This document shows positions 58,844 through 64,000 of a stretch of 64,000 nt of DNA, piece after piece. Positions within the stretch are counted from its first letter, which is position 1; every line of letters starts with the position of its first letter. The notes beneath the pieces were generated by a model. The model saw only the letters and a list, made by a program, of their open reading frames with translations. It was not told the DNA's origin and searched no databases. The translations under genes were made by a program, and so were the position numbers. Source of the DNA: Ruditapes philippinarum (taxonomy: Eukaryota); contig NW_026866095.1 in assembly GCF_026571515.1 (NCBI RefSeq), positions 1 through 64,000 on the forward strand, in the 5' to 3' direction.

Positions 58844-61800
58844 ATGGATACAGTAAGTTATAGATAATGTTTTTTTGTTCTAACATACAAGTTATTTTCC
58901 TTCATTTGTGTAGTAAACATCTAAATATCTGCAAATTATTCATGTTTGCACAGGATTTTTTGTCTCAAAGAATATTTTTTTTACATTTTGACTGGTCAAT
59001 ATTTATGATACGGATGAGAGGTGGGTGCAGAAATGTGACTGTATTGATGATGTTGTCCATCAATGGATTTTACATTTATAACAATACAGATAAACCATGG
59101 TTTCTGTCAAATTAAAAAATTATTTTTGCAATGTTCTAATGTTATTGTAGCGTAATCAATTCGGCGTGAACGGTTTGACCCATGCAGTTTACAGACTTTT
59201 GTTTTCTTACTGTCAAACCATTGGAAAAAGACAGCCCACGTCCATAATTATCCCGGTGTCTTTGACAAGTCTAATTAGTTGGACTAGGGTTATTCACTTA
59301 TTGTTGTCCCCAGTATACTCTATGAATCTATGATTCTATCTATCTTTTGTTAATGTCAAACCCCTTGCAGGGACGTAGACATGTGATATAGTTCAACTAA
59401 TTTTTCTACGGAACAAGATATTGTGCTATTTTGTGTCTAGGCAATATCTCGCCTCTAAAAGTGAGATTTTGACCCAGAACGAAAATATCTAACTTTGGCA
59501 TGTAATATATTTTGACTAACATATCATACTGCTTCAGAATCATTTTTTTGTTTTGTTTTTTTACGATTACACTAAGCAGGTAATCATTGTATACATTGCA
59601 TTGAGAGACAGCTCTAAGTCTAACTCTAACTGTATTATCTGAGCAACTCTATTACCGACGTACTCTCAGTATTTTGTCATATGCAGTCATATATACAGCA
59701 GGGGTTTTTTTTACTAACAAATTGACACCGATAGTCGGCGTCTTCCCCTCGGTAAATAGCCAAGTTTTTTCCCCCAAAAAATTCTATTTTCCTTTAAACT
59801 GGATCAGATTTAATAATCACATGGTTTAAAATATTATTTTTCTTCATTTTATGCAGGATAAACCACCAATTGATGTTCAAAATAACCAAAAACATTGCAG
59901 GAAACTGCAAGTACTGTCTCAACATGGAGGCAGCCATTTTTTTTTTCTTGGCTATATCCCGTACTGAACGGTACTATTTCTGGAAATCAGTTGCAATCAA
60001 AATATTGTCATTTTTTTGGTTATTTTTAGTAAAGTAATATATTTTGTACTTTTTATTATGAAAATGACTTATATGGAGCTAAAGTGTGTCACAGATACAC
60101 TATTATACCTATACTGTATTAACTTTCATACAAAAATAGAAGTATAAAAACCATTCACCACCATACATATTAAGAAAATATGTTATACTGCAAAGAATAT
60201 TTTGCATGATGATAAAGTTTTTAAGGGGAAAAAGATATAGTTGTAACTCTCTACTATGTAGTTAAGTATATAGTATAAATAACGTCATAATAAAGTTTCC
60301 CCAAATTGACTTTTTTCGTATATTTTTTCCCCTCCCTACCAGCGTCCAGCGTCTTCCCCTTTTCCTAAAAAAAAACCCTGTACAGTGAAGTTAAAAATAT
60401 TTGATCACATTCAATAAAAAATGTATTGATTAAGTTAATTTGTTCTGTTTCACACAAGATATTTATTATGAAAAACATCAATTAAATTCAATACAGACAT
60501 ACAGAAAACGTTAAGTACGCTAATAATACGGAGTCACATGCTACTACTTTAGGGCCTTACATAATCTTTAAGTCTGCTAGGCAGTACCCATATATTTGAA
60601 TGGTAAAATAATAATAAAGAAATAGAAATATCACAATACTAATAGCTCTGTCCACTTCATTAGGTGCAATTCACCAGAGCTAAATCCTTAACATACTGGA
60701 AAACAGAGTTAAGTTATGTTTTTGAAAATTTAATCTAGCATTTACTGAAAGAAAGGGGGCATAGATCTATATCACATTAGCTTTCTTAAAAAAGGAAGGA
60801 TGAACGGCATAATGTGATGGACCAGGTATGTAGCATGCAACAGATGTTCCAGTTTGGTGAAGGGGAACATTTAAATCTACAGGCTGAAAATATAAACCAA
60901 TTTTAACAGCATTTCATCTGATAATATGGATCTGTTAATAATGAAAACCCAGTTTTGTTACTAAAATGTTCATGTTTTTCTGACACAATAATCAGTTATT
61001 ACACTTATGCATACCATTCTGTTTCTATTTAATGCCCACTGAAACTTGGCTTTTTAAGCTCGACTATTCAATAAGAATAAGTAGAGCTATTGTAGTCACC
61101 CGAGCATCGGTGTCGGCGTAACCACTTATGTTAAAGTTTTTGTAATACCTCAAATATTTTCAAAGTCCAGTGACATATGGCTTTGAAACTTTGCACACCA
61201 TCATAACCCCAACCTGTAGACAGGAGGGGGTAACTGTATCAAGCATTTTGACAGAATTATGCCCTTTTTTCGACTTAGAATTTACATTCAAGTTTGCATA
61301 CCACCTCAGATATTTTCATATTCTATTGACATCTGGCTTTGAAACAAGTTGAAATTTTATACTCTTCTTTGAGAGCATAATAAGACTCTCTCCAAGGCCT
61401 ATAACTGTAACATGAATTTAAGAAAAAAATTGCCCTTTTGTAAACTAAGAAAATTTTACATTATCAAGGCTCTTTTACTATCAAGCACTAAGAATAGTCG
61501 AGCATTGCTCTCCTTCTGACAGCTCTTGTTTCAAAACGGTGATGCTAATAAGAGCTATAATTTTTTGCTGTAAAATATGTTATACATATTTTAATTTCAA
61601 TTATTTTTTTGTTTATTACATATTAGCTAAAAAAACAACAACAAAAACATTTTATTGATAGTCACTGTCAATAAAATGTTGTTTTTTTTGTTGATTGGGA
61701 CTTTTAATTAAAATTAAATTTACTGTGAGTAACCGATAAGGTAAGATTTTTTCTGCAAAATGTGGTAGGGGGTGCTTATTAGAAGGGGCATTACTTGGTT

Positions 61801-63280
61801 ACAATGCTATAGATATTATTATTATTATAAAGCTAATATTTATTCATATGATCACTATATAAAAATCATTATAGATTTATATCTTTTTGTAAATAAATAA
61901 TTTATATTTGCAGGGATGGACACCAGGTGGTCACCGCAGTAAACAAAGTAAGGTTGTTTTTTTCATACTGGTGAAAATTTCCTTTTAGACAGATAAATTA
62001 TAATTTTTTGTACTTTACATGTAGTTAAAACATATTTTATATTAGTTTCATTGTCTCTGAAAAGTACTGTAACAGTCACAGTGAGTAATAAAAGTAAATT
62101 ATAAAAAAATTTCTGTATTATAATGGTCTTTTTATTTTCTAGGAATGTTTGTGTGTCACAAAGTGATAATTGTAATAATAAAAGATTAATGTCTTTGATA
62201 ACTTTTGGATTGCTAGATCAGGAGGACATACAGTTTTAAGTTTGTCTGTTTGTCACAAAACTTTATGTCTGGTTATAATCTTGATGTCCTTCCACCTTCA
62301 TATACAGCCTCCAAACTTCACAAACATACATGGCGCTTGTGTCTGCTTTTTGCACATGTACACTTTATTATTTTCTAGGATCTGCTGCTAAAGACCCATT
62401 AGATGATTTACTTGGAGATCTTCTAGATGATGGTAGGTATCTAATCTTGCCACATTGAGAATTTTGGATAGTATAACAATCAGTACTTGGTAAAATTGAG
62501 CATATATAGTTCTTCCTCTATTAACCTACTTTGTTAAAGAGAAAAGTTAGGCATTAATACATTTGTTTTACTCTTATTCATAACTTGTGATATTAATAAG
62601 ACCAATAATTTCCATGATGTAGGACCATCCATGGCCGAGTGGGCTAGGTCGCTGCATTCAAACCACTTGCCCCTTACCGTCATGGGCTCTAATCCTGCCA
62701 GGGACATTGGATTCTTTTATGTGAGGAAGCTATCCAGCTAGCTTATTGAAAGTCAGTAGTTTTACTGAAGTCTTCCTCCGTTTTCCATATGATCTCTTGG
62801 TGCGACCCAACATTGCTCATTGGATTTGTCCAACATTTAAATTTGGAACTGTCTTATTTTAAAATTTAGAGAATGTAAAATAAAATCAAGTAAGATGAGC
62901 AAGCAACATTAATAACATTGCTGAACAGAAAGTATATATCCTTTGCCACCATTATAGAGCAGTCTGATCAGGCGCTAGAATGGTAGTAGCTAATTTTTCT
63001 TATTTTAATAATGAAGTTCCTTAAACTTTAGAGCTGTAGCTGATATATGGATTACACTGTTCCAAATTAAAAGCTTGGCAAATCCATTACACAAATTCAA
63101 CAGTTTAGGTTTACCTGGCTGTATTCTGGTTACATTGACAAATCTTAATCATAATGCTACTTTGATTAATTACTCATTTCAAATTTATCATATTCTTTTC
63201 TCTCCAGATACAGGAAGCCCACCAAAAAAGCCTTCAAATGGCAATGCTGGCAGACAACAATTTCCTGCAAAGAAACAAAG
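58844..63280 (+). CDS. FBF1: 5' exons of a probable Fas-binding factor 1 (ciliary transition-fibre/distal appendage protein). Exons 58844-58852 (tentative), 61914-61947, 62379-62432, 63208-63280; the gene continues beyond the window.
   Basis: Spliced frame MDT-GWTPGGHRSKQ-RSAAKDPLDDLLGDLLDDDTGSPPKKP. DDLLGDLL.DD resembles my recollection of the vertebrate FBF1 N-terminus (SIDDFLGDLLGDD). Splice sites are strong, but the evidence is short. Confidence 0.55.
59699..60380. mobile_element. Non-autonomous hAT-like element with 5-bp TSD (hAT5-type)
   Basis: TACAG|caggggtttttttt ... aaaaaaaaaccctg|TACAG, with subterminal gcgtcttcccct at both ends. Confidence 0.7.
61051..61530 (+). mobile_element. 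HINE-like element, third family
   Basis: subTIR gctcgactattc (61058-61069) / gaatagtcgagc (61492-61503); (GGCGTC)-like microsatellite; degenerate core repeats; ctcttgtt end. Confidence 0.75.
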
Positions 63281-63295
63281 GTATGTTCACATGTA

Positions 63296-63870
63296 CGAGG
63301 GGTTATCCAAAAATTCGTGGACTTTTAAATATCTCTTGAACGTCAACGTGTATTGTAATGAAAATTTATCAGCATACATTGTAGAATATTAGCAACACAT
63401 TTTGAAAGGAACAGTTAATTGTGTCAATAAATAATTATTTTCTATTGCTTTTAAATAAGTACATACACGGCACCCGGCGCACGGTAGAAAAGTGCAGTAA
63501 GTCATCGTATATTTCTTGCTAAAGAACTAAAAAATTAACGTAGAAAACCCGCTGAACATCGCATGTTTCTTTTATGATGTCATTTAAGTAATTCTTTAAA
63601 ATAATGGACGTCCTTGATTGCATAACGTTGAAGCACAAGTTGTACGTTAATATTATGACGTTGACGTCAATAATTTTTTGGAGTGCGCCGCTGTCACCGA
63701 CATGTGTTTATGTAAAATTAAATATTGTTGTAATAAAAGTAGCTACTCACATGAATTTTTCGGTGTTTATTTGTTATTAATTCTTCTAAGCAGTGTAAGA
63801 ATTTCAAATTAATATCTCAAATAAATTTTACGCAACAAAGAAAGTCCAAGAATTTTTGGATAACCCCTCG
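63296..63870. mobile_element. Tc1/mariner non-autonomous element, TA TSD
   Basis: TA|cgaggggttatccaaaaattcgtggacttt ... aaagtccaagaatttttggataacccctcg|TA. Confidence 0.9.
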
Positions 63871-64000
63871 TATATGTCCGAGAAAAGAATTTTAAATGAA
63901 TATAATTTCAAAAATGACACTAGATTACATGTAGATCTGACAAAGGGCGTTAAGTTCAACAAAGTTTGAAGAACAAAGTGTAAATATGTTGAGAAAATAG

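Overview
AT-rich, intron-containing animal genomic DNA. The repeat families, ependymin-related gene and kringle/PAN gene point to a bivalve mollusc (inference). Five spliced genes were rebuilt by hand from GT-AG exons with consistent phases: (1) the 3' half of NVL (AAA+ ATPase, +, 230-6312); (2) a 3-exon claudin/PMP22-like tetraspan gene (-, 13812-18172); (3) a 5-exon ependymin-related gene (-, 23667-45184) with a 19-kb second intron; (4) head-to-head with it, a 9-exon secreted [sushi-like-kringle]x2-PAN gene (+, 46006-56186) with one in-frame TAA; (5) the 5' exons of a probable FBF1 orthologue (+, from 58844). The 19-kb intron resolves into three nested TIR transposons, each flanked by a 6-bp target-site duplication (TSD). 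Two have IS3EU-type TAY..RTA ends, and the innermost contains a decayed integrase-core transposase. A 3.6-kb tandem duplication copies all three right ends. Other content: Helentron-associated (HINE-like) elements, one with 8 x 145-bp repeats dense in AGGTCA nuclear-receptor half-sites; a foldback-like element; two SINE families; an L2/CR1 LINE remnant; several MITE families; and tRNA-derived heads. All calls come from reading the sequence by eye; no database searches were run.
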